From Gemmatimonadaceae bacterium (lineage in GTDB: Bacteria > Gemmatimonadota > Gemmatimonadetes > Gemmatimonadales > Gemmatimonadaceae): a DNA stretch of 64,000 nt. Position numbers and translations under genes: made by a program. The stretch spans positions 4,417-68,416 of the forward strand of contig JBBDXZ010000106.1 of assembly GCA_040902075.1 (NCBI GenBank). Reading direction: 5' to 3'. Shown one piece after another: positions 26,359-35,040 of the stretch (position 1 is the first letter of the stretch; every line of letters begins with the position of its first letter). Under the pieces are notes generated by a model. The model did not search any database. It was not told the DNA's origin and worked only from the letters and a program-made list of their open reading frames with translations.

Positions 26359-27384
26359 ATGGCACTCAGCCGTGGAGGCGTTGTGTCCAATTCACGTTCC
26401 ATCCTACTGGCCACCCTTTCAGTCACCGCACTAGCGCCGATGACGGCCGCGGTCGGACAGTCATCGGTGGCGGTCAGTCCCTTCGTCTCGTATGTCCCGA
26501 GCGCGCAGCAGAATCCATTTGCGGGTCTGTCGCTAACCTTCGGCGGTACGACGGGCTTGGCGTTGCGCGCAGGCGCCGATCTCGCGATCGAAAACTCCGC
26601 CACGACCACCGATGCGGCGGGCAACTTAGTCAGCGGAGGCGGCTACCGCCCGTGGGGCGCCGACGCCGACGCGATCCTTTTTCTCGGCGGGCTCGGTGGC
26701 GGCGCGACGGTGTTCAGCCGCTCGCTCTCGCCCTACCTGTTCTCCGGACTCGGACTCACCGGCGGCGACAGCTCGGGGGTCAACATCGTGCGCCACAGCT
26801 GGAGCTACGGCGCCGGCGCGACGATACCGCTCGGTCTCGATGCCGATCTCTTTGCCGAAGCCCGGTGGCGCATGTCGCAGTACGTGTTGCCCACCGCGCG
26901 CGCCGCGCCGGATTCGAAGAGCGAGCTGCGTTTCGGCCTGTCGTTCCACGTCGGCGGCGGTTCGAGCCAGCCAGCTCCGGCGCCGCGTCGGCGGGGCGGG
27001 GGACGCCGCTCTCGGTACGAGGACGACGAGGAGTATGCGGAGCGCTCCGTGCAAAGGGCGCCGGTCGTGCAGGCCGAGCCGACCGTGGTGGTCGTGCAGA
27101 GCGCACCGCCGCCGGTCGTGACGCAGACGGTCAATGTCGTGAACTTGCCCGCGGTCGTCGTCACTCCGTCGAGCAGATCCTCGCGACGCATGGTGTACGT
27201 CAACAGCACACGCGTCGTCCGTCCGATCGCCGAGCGCGGCGTCACGTATCGCCGCGGTACCTCGTCGGCGCGCACGAGCACCAACTGTTCGGTGTCGACG
27301 AGCGCGAGAGCAACATCGCGTGGGAAGGTCGTATCATCCAGGCGCCGGACTTCGACGACGGTTTGCGGTACGTCGCGACGTTGA
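26359..27384 (+). CDS. Putative outer-membrane beta-barrel protein with a low-complexity basic/Val-rich tail
   Basis: 341-aa ORF. It has a signal peptide (ILLATLSVTALAPMTAAVGQS) and Gly/aromatic-ended beta-strand periodicity, ending ...ELRFGLSFHVG as in OMP_b-brl proteins. The last about 130 aa are low complexity, so the 3' extent is less certain. Confidence 0.5.
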   Translation: MALSRGGVVSNSRSILLATLSVTALAPMTAAVGQSSVAVSPFVSYVPSAQQNPFAGLSLTFGGTTGLALRAGADLAIENSATTTDAAGNLVSGGGYRPWGADADAILFLGGLGGGATVFSRSLSPYLFSGLGLTGGDSSGVNIVRHSWSYGAGATIPLGLDADLFAEARWRMSQYVLPTARAAPDSKSELRFGLSFHVGGGSSQPAPAPRRRGGGRRSRYEDDEEYAERSVQRAPVVQAEPTVVVVQSAPPPVVTQTVNVVNLPAVVVTPSSRSSRRMVYVNSTRVVRPIAERGVTYRRGTSSARTSTNCSVSTSARATSRGKVVSSRRRTSTTVCGTSRR

Positions 27385-27404
27385 GATTGGATCTGGAGTT
27401 CGTT

Positions 27405-27432
27405 GTCATCCCGAGCGTAGCGATGGATCTGC
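27405..27432 (+). repeat. REP-like element, family 1
   Basis: gtcatcccgagcgtagcgatggatctgc, a diverged copy. Confidence 0.75.
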
Positions 27433-27443
27433 AGTACAGGCAT

Positions 27444-27473
27444 CTATGACTTGGGGATGATCCCAAGTCATAG
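27444..27473. terminator. Perfect 12-bp stem hairpin between convergent genes
   Basis: CTATGACTTGGG-gatgat-CCCAAGTCATAG. It has no T tract, so function as an intrinsic terminator is uncertain. Confidence 0.35.
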
Positions 27474-27499
27474 AACCTTGCCTGGGCGGAGCGAAGTGT

Positions 27500-27695
27500 C
27501 AGGCGGCGGTGGCCGCGGGGACGCGCTCCCGCGGCGTGGACAACCGCGTAGCCAAGCTCGCGCGCGATAATCCTTCCGTCAGCCGTCACGAAGCGCTCGA
27601 CTCGTTCTACACCGATGCCCAGGCTGTCGAGCGCCTGCACGAGCAGGATTCTCCACCTCTACGTGGATGCGAAAGCTGCCCATATCGTCCATCAT
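27500..27695 (-). pseudogene. Truncated, frameshifted paralogue of the retropepsin-like aspartyl protease at 33549..33935
   Basis: The 5' part (MMDDMGSFRIHVEVENPA) and the leader are about 90 percent identical by eye to 33893-34019. After ENPA the frame changes and the DTGA active-site segment is missing. A C-terminal-like fragment (LDSLGIGVERVERFVTADGRIIARELGYAVVHAAG) continues in another frame. Confidence 0.55.
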
Positions 27696-27799
27696 GGTAC
27701 CTCCGGCGCGTGCGCCGAGCAGTACCATCGTCATGCCGCCAATGTCAATGCGCTTCTGCGCCGCGACTGTTCTATTTCGTCGATCGACGCTTTCATCCA

Positions 27800-28156
27800 A
27801 TGGAGAGAACCCAGATGCGGCGCAAGCAACGGGACCTGCTGTTCGTCGGCATTCACAATTCCGTCATCGCCCTCGATGCCACCGACGGCACCGAGGTGTG
27901 GCGCGTGAAGCTTGGCGGCATGTCGTTCGTGAACGTCTACTGGGACGGCATTCAGCTGTTCGCGTCTTCCAAGGGAGAGGCGTTTCGCATCCACCCCGAC
28001 GACGGCGCGGTCCTCTGGCACAATAAGCTCAAGGGAATGGGCACGGGCATGGTGACGCTCGCGACCAACCGCGCTCCCACTGCGTCCACCGGCCAGCAGG
28101 CAGCGGCTCAAGTCGCAATGGCGCAAGCCGCAGCCGCAGCCGCAGCCGCGTCGTAG
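27800..28156 (+). CDS. Small PQQ-like beta-propeller-repeat protein with a poly-Ala tail
   Basis: An internal Met of track ORF 27509..28156 gives MERTQMRRKQRDLLFVG. VIALDATDGTEVWRVKL and DDGAVLWHNKL are PQQ-like repeat signatures. The QAAAAAAAAS tail is encoded by a GCAGCC repeat. Confidence 0.5.
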   Translation: MERTQMRRKQRDLLFVGIHNSVIALDATDGTEVWRVKLGGMSFVNVYWDGIQLFASSKGEAFRIHPDDGAVLWHNKLKGMGTGMVTLATNRAPTASTGQQAAAQVAMAQAAAAAAAAS

Positions 28157-28308
28157 GGCGGAATCCAGGCTGCTGACCGCCGAGCCTCGCGCTGGCGCTG
28201 GACGCATTCGGCTTCCCGGGAACTTTTCAGGCGGCGCCGCGTCGGCATATCAGGAGCTGGCCAGCTCCCGTTCACCGCTGCACTGTACCTACAACGGGAG
28301 GGTTCCAC

Positions 28309-28806
28309 ATGAAGCACGTCCTCGTCGCCGCCATGTGCGTGACGTCCGCCGCGTGCCTGTCCGCGCAGCAGGTGGCGCAGTCGGCCACCGCCGGTCCCCA
28401 GAAGGGCCACGTCATCGTCGCAGTCCCAAACGCGATCCAATGGGGACCGGCTCCTGACATTCTCCCTGCCGGAGCCCGTGCGGTGATACTCGAAGGCAAT
28501 CCAGGGAATCCCGGGGATTTCACACTGCGGCTGTTGCTGCCCGCCAACTACCGCATCGCGCCGCACTATCACCCGGTCACCGAACATGTCACGGTGATCT
28601 CCGGGACCTTCTATGTCGGTATGGGCGAGGCCTTCGACGTCTCCAAGGGCACCGAGCTGCCGGCCGGAACGTTCGCGGCGCTCGATCCCGGAATGCGCCA
28701 CTTCGCCTACACGAAAACCGAGACCGTCATCCAGCTCCATGGCGTCGGTCCCTGGTCGTTGGTGTACGTGAACCCAGCCGACGATCCGCGCAACAAGGCG
28801 AAATAG
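28309..28806 (+). CDS. Secreted cupin-domain protein
   Basis: 165-aa ORF with a signal peptide. ...APHYHP..EHVTVISGT......G and ...H...T are the cupin motifs 1 and 2. Confidence 0.75.
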   Translation: MKHVLVAAMCVTSAACLSAQQVAQSATAGPQKGHVIVAVPNAIQWGPAPDILPAGARAVILEGNPGNPGDFTLRLLLPANYRIAPHYHPVTEHVTVISGTFYVGMGEAFDVSKGTELPAGTFAALDPGMRHFAYTKTETVIQLHGVGPWSLVYVNPADDPRNKAK

Positions 28807-28821
28807 GCGAGTCACCGAACC

Positions 28822-29433
28822 ATGCCGACGTCCGCCGACCGCGAGTGGTTCGAGCGCGAAGTGCTGAGCGCCCTGCCGGATCTCTACGGCACGGCGCTTC
28901 GCCTGTCGAAGAACTCGGCGGATGCCGAGGACCTGGTTGCGGACACGGTCGCGAAAGCGTGGACGCACCTGGATGCGTTGCGCGACCGCGCGCGCACGCG
29001 TGGTTGGCTGTTCAAGATCCTGAGCAACGCCTACATCAGCGACTGTCGCGCGCGCGCCTTGCGTCCGACGATGGTCTCGCTGGATGACGAGGGAGAAGGC
29101 GAGAACGAGCCATTCTCGTTGTTCGAGCGCCTGCATCAGCCCTTCTTGCTCTGGTGGGGCAATCCGGAGCGCGACTTCCTGGACAAGATGCTCCGCGCGG
29201 ATCTCGACCGCGCCGTCGGCGCCCTTCCGGAAGCGTTTCGGCTCGTCGTGGTCATGGCCGACGTGCAGGGGCTGTCTTACAAGGAGATCTCGGAGACACT
29301 CGGCGTGCCTATCGGCACCGTCCGCTCACGATTGGCGCGCGGACGTTCGCTGCTTCAGAAAGCGCTCTGGAAGCATGCGGTCGACGCGGGACTCGTCCAT
29401 TCACCGAACGCCCGGCAAGCGGGGATACGATGA
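28822..29433 (+). CDS. ECF-type RNA polymerase sigma factor
   Basis: Region 2 (DAEDLVADTVAKAW) and region 4 (LPEAFRLVVVMADVQGLSYKEISETLGVPIGTVRSRLARGR). Confidence 0.9.
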   Translation: MPTSADREWFEREVLSALPDLYGTALRLSKNSADAEDLVADTVAKAWTHLDALRDRARTRGWLFKILSNAYISDCRARALRPTMVSLDDEGEGENEPFSLFERLHQPFLLWWGNPERDFLDKMLRADLDRAVGALPEAFRLVVVMADVQGLSYKEISETLGVPIGTVRSRLARGRSLLQKALWKHAVDAGLVHSPNARQAGIR

Positions 29434-29702
29434 CCGACCAAAAGATCATGAGCTGTGAAGAGGCGCTGCGGCTGCTGGCCGCTCACATCGACGGCGAGCT
29501 GGATGCCGCCGACCAGGACGACGTCGAGCACCACATCGAGCGCTGTCGCAGCTGCTTTTCGCGCGCTGAATTCGAGCGCCGGCTCAAGGGACAGCTCACC
29601 GCGCTGCGCGAGGAGCCGGTGCGGCCCACCTTCGAGACGCGCATTCGCGCGCTCATCGACCGGTTCGCATTGAACGATTCATCGTCCAGTCATGTGAAGT
29701 GA
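29430..29702 (+). CDS. Anti-sigma factor (zf-HC2 type)
   Basis: ATGA overlap with the sigma gene stop. MSCEEALRLLAAHIDGELD......VE.HIERCRSC is the H-x3-C-x2-C zinc-finger anti-sigma signature. 90 aa with no TM helix. Confidence 0.8.
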   Translation: MTDQKIMSCEEALRLLAAHIDGELDAADQDDVEHHIERCRSCFSRAEFERRLKGQLTALREEPVRPTFETRIRALIDRFALNDSSSSHVK

Positions 29703-29715
29703 GAGGAGCCGAATC

Positions 29716-30510
29716 ATGGTCGCCATAGTGTCGAATCAACGTGAGTCCATTCTCGACGCGGTCCGGCAGATGTATACCGCCGTCGCCCGGTCGCCCGAGC
29801 AAGAGTTCCATTTTCCCACAGGACGCGCGGCGTGCCTGTTCGTGGGTTACTCCGCCGACGAGATCGACGCGCTGCCGGCGAGCGCCGTCGAGTCCTTCGC
29901 GGGCGTCGGCTATCCGTTTGCCGCTGCAACGATCCGCCCCGGTGACATCGTGCTCGACGTGGGGTCAGGTTCGGGCACCGACGTTCTCATCGCCAGCGCG
30001 CGGGTAGGCTCCGCGGGCACGGTCTACGCGCTCGACATGACAGCCGCGATGCGCGACAAGCTGCGCGCCAACGCGGATCTTGCCGGCGCCGCCAACGTGC
30101 GCATGCTCGATGCCAATGCCGAGGCGATCCCGCTCCCGGACGAATCGGTCACGGTGGTCACGAGCAACGGCGTTCTCAACCTCGTGCCCGACAAACCGAA
30201 AGCGATCGCCGAGATCTTTCGCGTCCTGCGCCCCGGCGGACGCGTGCAGATCGCCGACATCGTGCTCGCCACCGAGCCCGGAGCATCCTGCCGCGCGCAG
30301 CCGGAGCTGTGGGCCGAGTGCGTCGTCGGCGCGACGATGGAAAGCGACTTTCTGGGCATGTTTCGTTCGGTGGGATTCGCGGACGCGCAGGTGCTGCGGC
30401 ACCTCGATTACTTTGCCGGCAGCAGCAGCGACGCCACGCGCAAAGTGGCGGCCTCCTTCGGTGCGCGTACAATCGTCATGCGCGCGCGCAAACCCACGGG
30501 GCGGAGCTGA
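29716..30510 (+). CDS. Class I SAM-dependent methyltransferase (ArsM/UbiE-like)
   Basis: VLDVGSGSGTD (motif I), VYALDMT, and VVTSNGVLNLVPDK...FRVLRPGG. The N-terminal VRQMYTAVA is as in ArsM-like proteins, but I did not verify the ArsM cysteines. Confidence 0.8.
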   Translation: MVAIVSNQRESILDAVRQMYTAVARSPEQEFHFPTGRAACLFVGYSADEIDALPASAVESFAGVGYPFAAATIRPGDIVLDVGSGSGTDVLIASARVGSAGTVYALDMTAAMRDKLRANADLAGAANVRMLDANAEAIPLPDESVTVVTSNGVLNLVPDKPKAIAEIFRVLRPGGRVQIADIVLATEPGASCRAQPELWAECVVGATMESDFLGMFRSVGFADAQVLRHLDYFAGSSSDATRKVAASFGARTIVMRARKPTGRS

Positions 30511-30737
30511 AGGTGGCGCCGCTCCGCGTGTAACTCCGTTTGCGGTTACCAGCGACGCCGGGGCGCGCCGTCTGGGCCGTCCGGGATCTCGTCCGGGCGG
30601 TAAAGCTTCTTGCCGACATCCGACAGCTCGGTCATCCCCGCTGCACGCCCTGAGTCGGAACACCAAGCACGCGCTGCGCTCCGACATAGATGTTCTGGTA
30701 CCACCGTGGCTAGCGGTTCACCGGGCGCGGCCCTAAA

Positions 30738-32576
30738 GTGCAGGTGGCCTTGCCACGGAGATTTCGTTTGGCGGAATTGCTGGAACAGCTGCGGGCTCGG
30801 CTCGCGGACCGTTACACCGTGGAGCGGGAAATCGGCAGCGGCGGAATGGCGTACGTATTCCTCGCCCAGGACATCAAGCATCACCGCCCCGTCGCCATCA
30901 AAGTGCTGCGCCCGGAGCTCACCGGCGCCCTTGGTCCCGATCGCTTTCTCCGCGAGATCGAGATCGCCGCCCAGCTCAGCCACCCCCACATCTTGCCCCT
31001 CCACGACTCCGGCGACGCCGACGGCATCCTGTACTACGTCATGCCGTACGTGGACGGCGAGTCGCTGCGCGACCGCCTCAAGCACACGAAGCGTCTGCCG
31101 CTTCCCGAAGCATTGCGGATCGCCAACGAGGTGGCCGACGCGCTGGAGTATGCCCACAGTCGCGGCGTGGTACATCGCGACATCAAGCCGGAAAACATTC
31201 TGCTCTCGGCCGGCCATGCGATTGTAAGCGATTTCGGAATCGCGCGCGCGGTATCGGCCGCGGGCGGCGCGCGATTGACCGCGACCGGAATTGCGCTAGG
31301 CACGCTCCAGTATATGAGCCCTGAGCAAGCGTTCGGCGATCGGGCCGTCGACGGCCGCAGCGACATCTACTCGCTTGGGTGCGTGGTGCACGAGATGCTT
31401 GGCGGCACGCCCGCCCGGCGATTCCCAACGGCTGGTGCCTCGGATACGGATCCCGAGATCCCGACGGATCTCGTGGAGATTCTCACCAAAGCCACTGCCT
31501 CGGACCCCGCCGACCGCTTCGCGTCGGCCGCCCACTTCGCGAGCGCCTTGTCTCGCACGGGCGCGTCGCCGACTGTCGCCGCGGCACGACGTCGCGGCCG
31601 GATCGCCGTCGTGGCCGCCGCGGCCGCGGCGATCGCCGTCGCCGTCTGGGGCTTGGGCCGAGGCCGTGTGGAAGGCAGCGGAGCTCTCGCGGCAAACCGG
31701 CTCGCGGTACTGCCGTTCGCGATCCATGGCGGCCAGCAACTCGCCTACATGCGCGAAGGGATCGTCGACCTGTTGAGCCGAAACCTCGACGGCGTGGATG
31801 ATCTCAATTGCGTCGATCCAGGCACCGTCATCTCCGAGCTCGGCGATGGCAGCAGCGATCAAGCCGTGGACGTCGAATCTGGTCGCGCGCTGGGCAAGAG
31901 GGTCGGTGCGGGTACTTTCATACTGGGCAGCGTGAACTCGGTCGGCCCGCGATTGCGAATACATGCCGTGATGTACCGCGACGGTGGCTCGAATTCCGAC
32001 GTGCAGGCGACGGTCGAAGGCGACACGGCGCAGCTTCTCGATCTGGTTGACCGGCTTGCCGCGGACCTGCTCGTCAAACGCCGGCCGGGCGCCGTTCACC
32101 GCCTGACGCAAACGGCGGCGCTCACGACGTCGTCGCTTCCCGCGCTCAAGGCGTTCCTGAACGGCGAGCGGACGCTCAGAGCGGGGAAGATGGACAGCGC
32201 GATCGCGGCGTACCAGCACGCGATCGCCGAAGACAGCACCTTTGCGCTGGCGCACTATAGAATGGCGGTCGCCGCGGGCTGGAACGAGCGGCACGCCTTC
32301 TCGTCCGAGGCGATCGCGAAAGCGCTCGCGGTGCCAAGCCGGCTGGTGGAACGCGACCGCCGCTTGATGACGGCGTATGCGGCATTCCGTCGCGGCGCCG
32401 CGAGGGAGGCGGAGGGACAGTATCGTGCGATACTCGAGGACTTCCCCGACGATCTCGAGGCCGAGTTCCAGCTGGGCGACGTGTTGTTCCAGTACAACCC
32501 CCTACACGGGCGGCCCCGCGGCGAAGCGCGGCCGATGCTCGACCGCACGCTCGCGCACGATCCCGGTTTTCTTTGA
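30738..32576 (+). CDS. Ser/Thr protein kinase, N-terminal 612-aa part of a split gene
   Basis: GSGGMAYVF, AIKVL, HRDIKPENILL, DFGIAR and GTLQYMSPEQ. A TM helix (IAVVAAAAAAIAVAVW) is followed by a periplasmic/TPR-like region. It ends at a TGA that is in frame with 32589..33542. Confidence 0.85.
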   Translation: MQVALPRRFRLAELLEQLRARLADRYTVEREIGSGGMAYVFLAQDIKHHRPVAIKVLRPELTGALGPDRFLREIEIAAQLSHPHILPLHDSGDADGILYYVMPYVDGESLRDRLKHTKRLPLPEALRIANEVADALEYAHSRGVVHRDIKPENILLSAGHAIVSDFGIARAVSAAGGARLTATGIALGTLQYMSPEQAFGDRAVDGRSDIYSLGCVVHEMLGGTPARRFPTAGASDTDPEIPTDLVEILTKATASDPADRFASAAHFASALSRTGASPTVAAARRRGRIAVVAAAAAAIAVAVWGLGRGRVEGSGALAANRLAVLPFAIHGGQQLAYMREGIVDLLSRNLDGVDDLNCVDPGTVISELGDGSSDQAVDVESGRALGKRVGAGTFILGSVNSVGPRLRIHAVMYRDGGSNSDVQATVEGDTAQLLDLVDRLAADLLVKRRPGAVHRLTQTAALTTSSLPALKAFLNGERTLRAGKMDSAIAAYQHAIAEDSTFALAHYRMAVAAGWNERHAFSSEAIAKALAVPSRLVERDRRLMTAYAAFRRGAAREAEGQYRAILEDFPDDLEAEFQLGDVLFQYNPLHGRPRGEARPMLDRTLAHDPGFL

Positions 32577-32588
32577 CCTATATGACCC

Positions 32589-33542
32589 ATGTGGGACCTC
32601 GCCGTGCGCGAGGACGACTACGACGCCGTTGACCAGATGCTCGCCCGGTACGCCGGAGCGCCGCTCAGCATGCGCATCGTGCCGGCGTATGCGCGCCGCG
32701 ACACGGTGGCGATCGTGCGTCTCCGCGAGGAGGCGAGGAATCTCGACGCCCGCCAGTCACAGATAGCGGCGAAATATCTGGCGACGTACCTGCACGACTT
32801 CGAGTCCGCTCGCGAGCTGGCGCGGCTCGATCTCGCTCCGCGTCGCAACGCGGCGATTCGGCTGGGAGCGCAGACCTGGCTGGCATGGCTGGAGGTAGGA
32901 CAGAACCGCTGGCCGTCCGCGAACGCCGCTTTCGCCGAGGCGGAACGCATGGAGGGCGGGGGAGGGGTGCGAGCCGAACGGGCGCTGGCGGCCACTTTGC
33001 CCTTTATCGACGTGCCGCGGTCCGACGTTGAGGCGATCCGTCGCGACATGGAAGCGTGGAGCCCCGCGTCGGAAACGAGTCCCGCTCCGGGTCTCGCGTC
33101 GGCACTGCGTCCGCATCTGCGACTGTATCTGCTGTCACTGTTGTCGTCCCGTCTCGGTGACACGTCGCGAGCCTTGCGCCATGCGCGGGAGCTCGAACGT
33201 CTCCCGCAACCGCCGCAATCCGCGCCAGTGATCGGCGGCCTGGTCGCCACCGCGAAAGCCGACGTCGCATCGCGCGCCGGGCGGCACGCGGACGTCGTCG
33301 CGCTGTTGGGTCCCGCGAATGGCGAGGTGTCGCTGGAGCTCGTTTTCGTGAAGCCCTTTGTGTCCGCGCGCCCGTTCACGCAGGAACATGCGCGGTATTT
33401 GCGTGCCGAGGCGTTGAGCGCTCTCGGCCGAACGGACGAAGCGCTGCGATGGATCGAGAATGCCTTTCAGGGATCGCCCCTCGAGCTCGCGTACCGCCCG
33501 TATGTCACCGCGCGCCGGGCCGCATGGGGGCGCTCGCCGTAG
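32589..33542 (+). CDS. TPR-like C-terminal part of the same kinase gene (same frame, after two TGA codons)
   Basis: The start is 1851 nt (617 codons) from 30738, so the frames are identical. The sequence across the stops aligns with the intact paralogue: ...YNQLIWVLLHQGKRDEAWRLLARYDS in the paralogue against PI*PMWDLAVREDDYDAVDQMLARYAG here. Confidence 0.6.
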   Translation: MWDLAVREDDYDAVDQMLARYAGAPLSMRIVPAYARRDTVAIVRLREEARNLDARQSQIAAKYLATYLHDFESARELARLDLAPRRNAAIRLGAQTWLAWLEVGQNRWPSANAAFAEAERMEGGGGVRAERALAATLPFIDVPRSDVEAIRRDMEAWSPASETSPAPGLASALRPHLRLYLLSLLSSRLGDTSRALRHARELERLPQPPQSAPVIGGLVATAKADVASRAGRHADVVALLGPANGEVSLELVFVKPFVSARPFTQEHARYLRAEALSALGRTDEALRWIENAFQGSPLELAYRPYVTARRAAWGRSP

Positions 33543-33548
33543 GACTCT

Positions 33549-33935
33549 CTACGCGACCGCGGCGAGCGGCATCGGTCCGGCATCGCTGAGTCGCTTCGCG
33601 ACCGGATCGATGCGAAGATTCAATCCCTCGAGGGAGCGCGATCCCAGCAATATGAGATCGCCGGGTTCACCGAAGATGACTTCGTCCGTCGTCGACGCAC
33701 CCTCGGCGTATACGAACGCCGGACCTGTCCAGCGTTCGAGGATGCTGCCGTCGGCCTGCCGAAACTTGCGGCGTTGACGGCGCTCGACTCGCAACGTATC
33801 GAGCACGTCGCTGGGAAAACAGGACAGCTCCGCGCCCGTGTCGACGAGAACGGCTGGGATGATCTGCCGCTCGCCCGCCCATGCAGGATTCTCAACCTCC
33901 ACGTCGATGCGAAAGCTGCCCATATCGTCCATCAT
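33549..33935 (-). CDS. Retropepsin-like (clan AA) aspartyl protease
   Basis: AVLVDTGAELS is the DTGA active site. The protein is about 128 aa from the ATG at 33935, which has GGAGG 4 nt upstream. The track ORF extends to 33974. Confidence 0.8.
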   Translation of the reverse strand: MMDDMGSFRIDVEVENPAWAGERQIIPAVLVDTGAELSCFPSDVLDTLRVERRQRRKFRQADGSILERWTGPAFVYAEGASTTDEVIFGEPGDLILLGSRSLEGLNLRIDPVAKRLSDAGPMPLAAVA

Positions 33936-33958
33936 CGTACCTCCGGAGCGTGCGCCGA

Positions 33959-33988
33959 GTAGTACCATCGTCATGCCGCCAATGTCAA
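33959..33988 (-). promoter_or_regulatory. Candidate sigma70-like promoter of the aspartyl protease gene, conserved in the pseudogene copy
   Basis: On the - strand: TTGACA (33988-33983), 17-18 nt, then GTACTA/TACTAC. The whole leader is conserved at 27700-27783. The -10 box is weak. Confidence 0.3.
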
Positions 33989-34058
33989 TGCGTTTCCGCG
34001 CCGCGGCTGTTCTATTTCGCGATGGAGCAGGCGACGGCGGCCGCGGCCGCGTCGTAGA

Positions 34059-34784
34059 TCAGGCCAGGGCCACCGCGAACGTGCCGGTGTAACCGTCGCC
34101 TTTCGGAGCAAGAGCGAGCATGAGATCGCGTCCGCCCCGGCGGAAGATCCCGTCGCGCTCGTTGCGCACCGTCCGCTGTCCCTTCGCCTTGTACGGTTCC
34201 TTCGCGTGGACGACGTCCGTGAGCTCATCGTCGAGATACAGCTGCGACGTGAACTCGAAACCCGGCCGCGCCGTGGGCGCCGAGCGCACCTTGAAGTGCA
34301 AGTGCACCGTGCGCCCCTGATACCAGCCCGGGTAGATCGTCGTGAACCGCGCCTCGCCCTTCGCGTCGGTGACCTGATACCCTCGCAGGAACTTCTTGCC
34401 GACCGTGTTGAAGCTGCGATCGCGTACGTCCGAGTACACGCCCGCGTGATCGCATTGCCAGAGGTCGACGTGGGCCCCGGCGACCGGCGTGCAACCCGCA
34501 TCGGCGCGCGACACATTGAAAGTGAGCTCGATCGGCGTGCCCGGCGTCACCACGCCATCCGTGGGATCTGCGCGAATGTCCGACCGCCGCAGCATTTCGT
34601 CCACGAAGTAGGGACCCTCGGTCTGCTCGGGACGCACGACGCACGCGGACGGCAGACGCCGCGCGGCGTCCGGCTGCCCGAACAGGCGCTGTCCCGTCAG
34701 TAGCGCCAGGCCTGAAACGCCAAGGACCGCGAGTGCTTCTCGGCGGCCCAACACCTTCCCGGTCTGCTCGTCATCGTTGCGCAT
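34059..34784 (-). CDS. Intradiol ring-cleavage dioxygenase family protein with Tat-type signal
   Basis: The Met at 34784 follows GAGGAGGAGA. RREALAVLGVSGLALL is a Tat-like signal. TEGPYF, G.P..L...V....C.P..GA.VD.WQCD..G.YS and TIYPGWY.GR..H.HFKV are dioxygenase_C motifs. Confidence 0.85.
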   Translation of the reverse strand: MRNDDEQTGKVLGRREALAVLGVSGLALLTGQRLFGQPDAARRLPSACVVRPEQTEGPYFVDEMLRRSDIRADPTDGVVTPGTPIELTFNVSRADAGCTPVAGAHVDLWQCDHAGVYSDVRDRSFNTVGKKFLRGYQVTDAKGEARFTTIYPGWYQGRTVHLHFKVRSAPTARPGFEFTSQLYLDDELTDVVHAKEPYKAKGQRTVRNERDGIFRRGGRDLMLALAPKGDGYTGTFAVALA

Positions 34785-34850
34785 TCTCCTCCTCGCTCGA
34801 GGTATGTACTGTGCGACGCGCCGCACAGCCGAACGTTAATCATCACTGAC

Positions 34851-35030
34851 GAGGCCCAAGACCTCAGAGTTCAGGGCCTCCCGGTTTTCTGTTGCCAGGT
34901 GGAGAGACTGTCAGATAGGGGTAGAGTTACCCAGTGGCATCAACTGTGGTTTCCTGTACATCTATCTCCATGCTCAAGACCTGCCAATAGAAAACTTGGA
35001 GGCCCACAGTTCCTCACCCCTCAGAACTCG
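34851..35030. mobile_element. MITE-like palindromic element, family 2, copy a (full length)
   Basis: Inverted repeats AGGGCCTCCCGGTTTTCTGTTGCCAGGT (34872-34899) and ACCTGCCAATAGAAAACTTGGAGGCCCA (34979-35006) flank a core with CTGTCAGATAGGGGTAGAG. No ORF. Copies are at 54617-54773 and 62051-62122. Confidence 0.7.
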
Positions 35031-35040
35031 CTGGTAAGCA

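Noticed and set aside
26805-27443. 212-aa minus-strand ORF overlapping the 3' half of the putative OMP gene.
   Set aside because: It is low complexity (runs of Thr, Arg and Gly) and it reads through a REP-like element at its 5' end. The plus-strand ORF has a signal peptide and beta-barrel features. The low-complexity tail of the plus-strand gene is itself uncertain.
32574-32585. TGA reassignment (a genetic code with TGA as a sense codon) to explain the split kinase.
   Set aside because: Many well-supported genes in the window terminate at TGA exactly where homology ends, for example the sigma factor, the PEGA lipoprotein and the GH144-like gene. A global recoding is therefore not supported.
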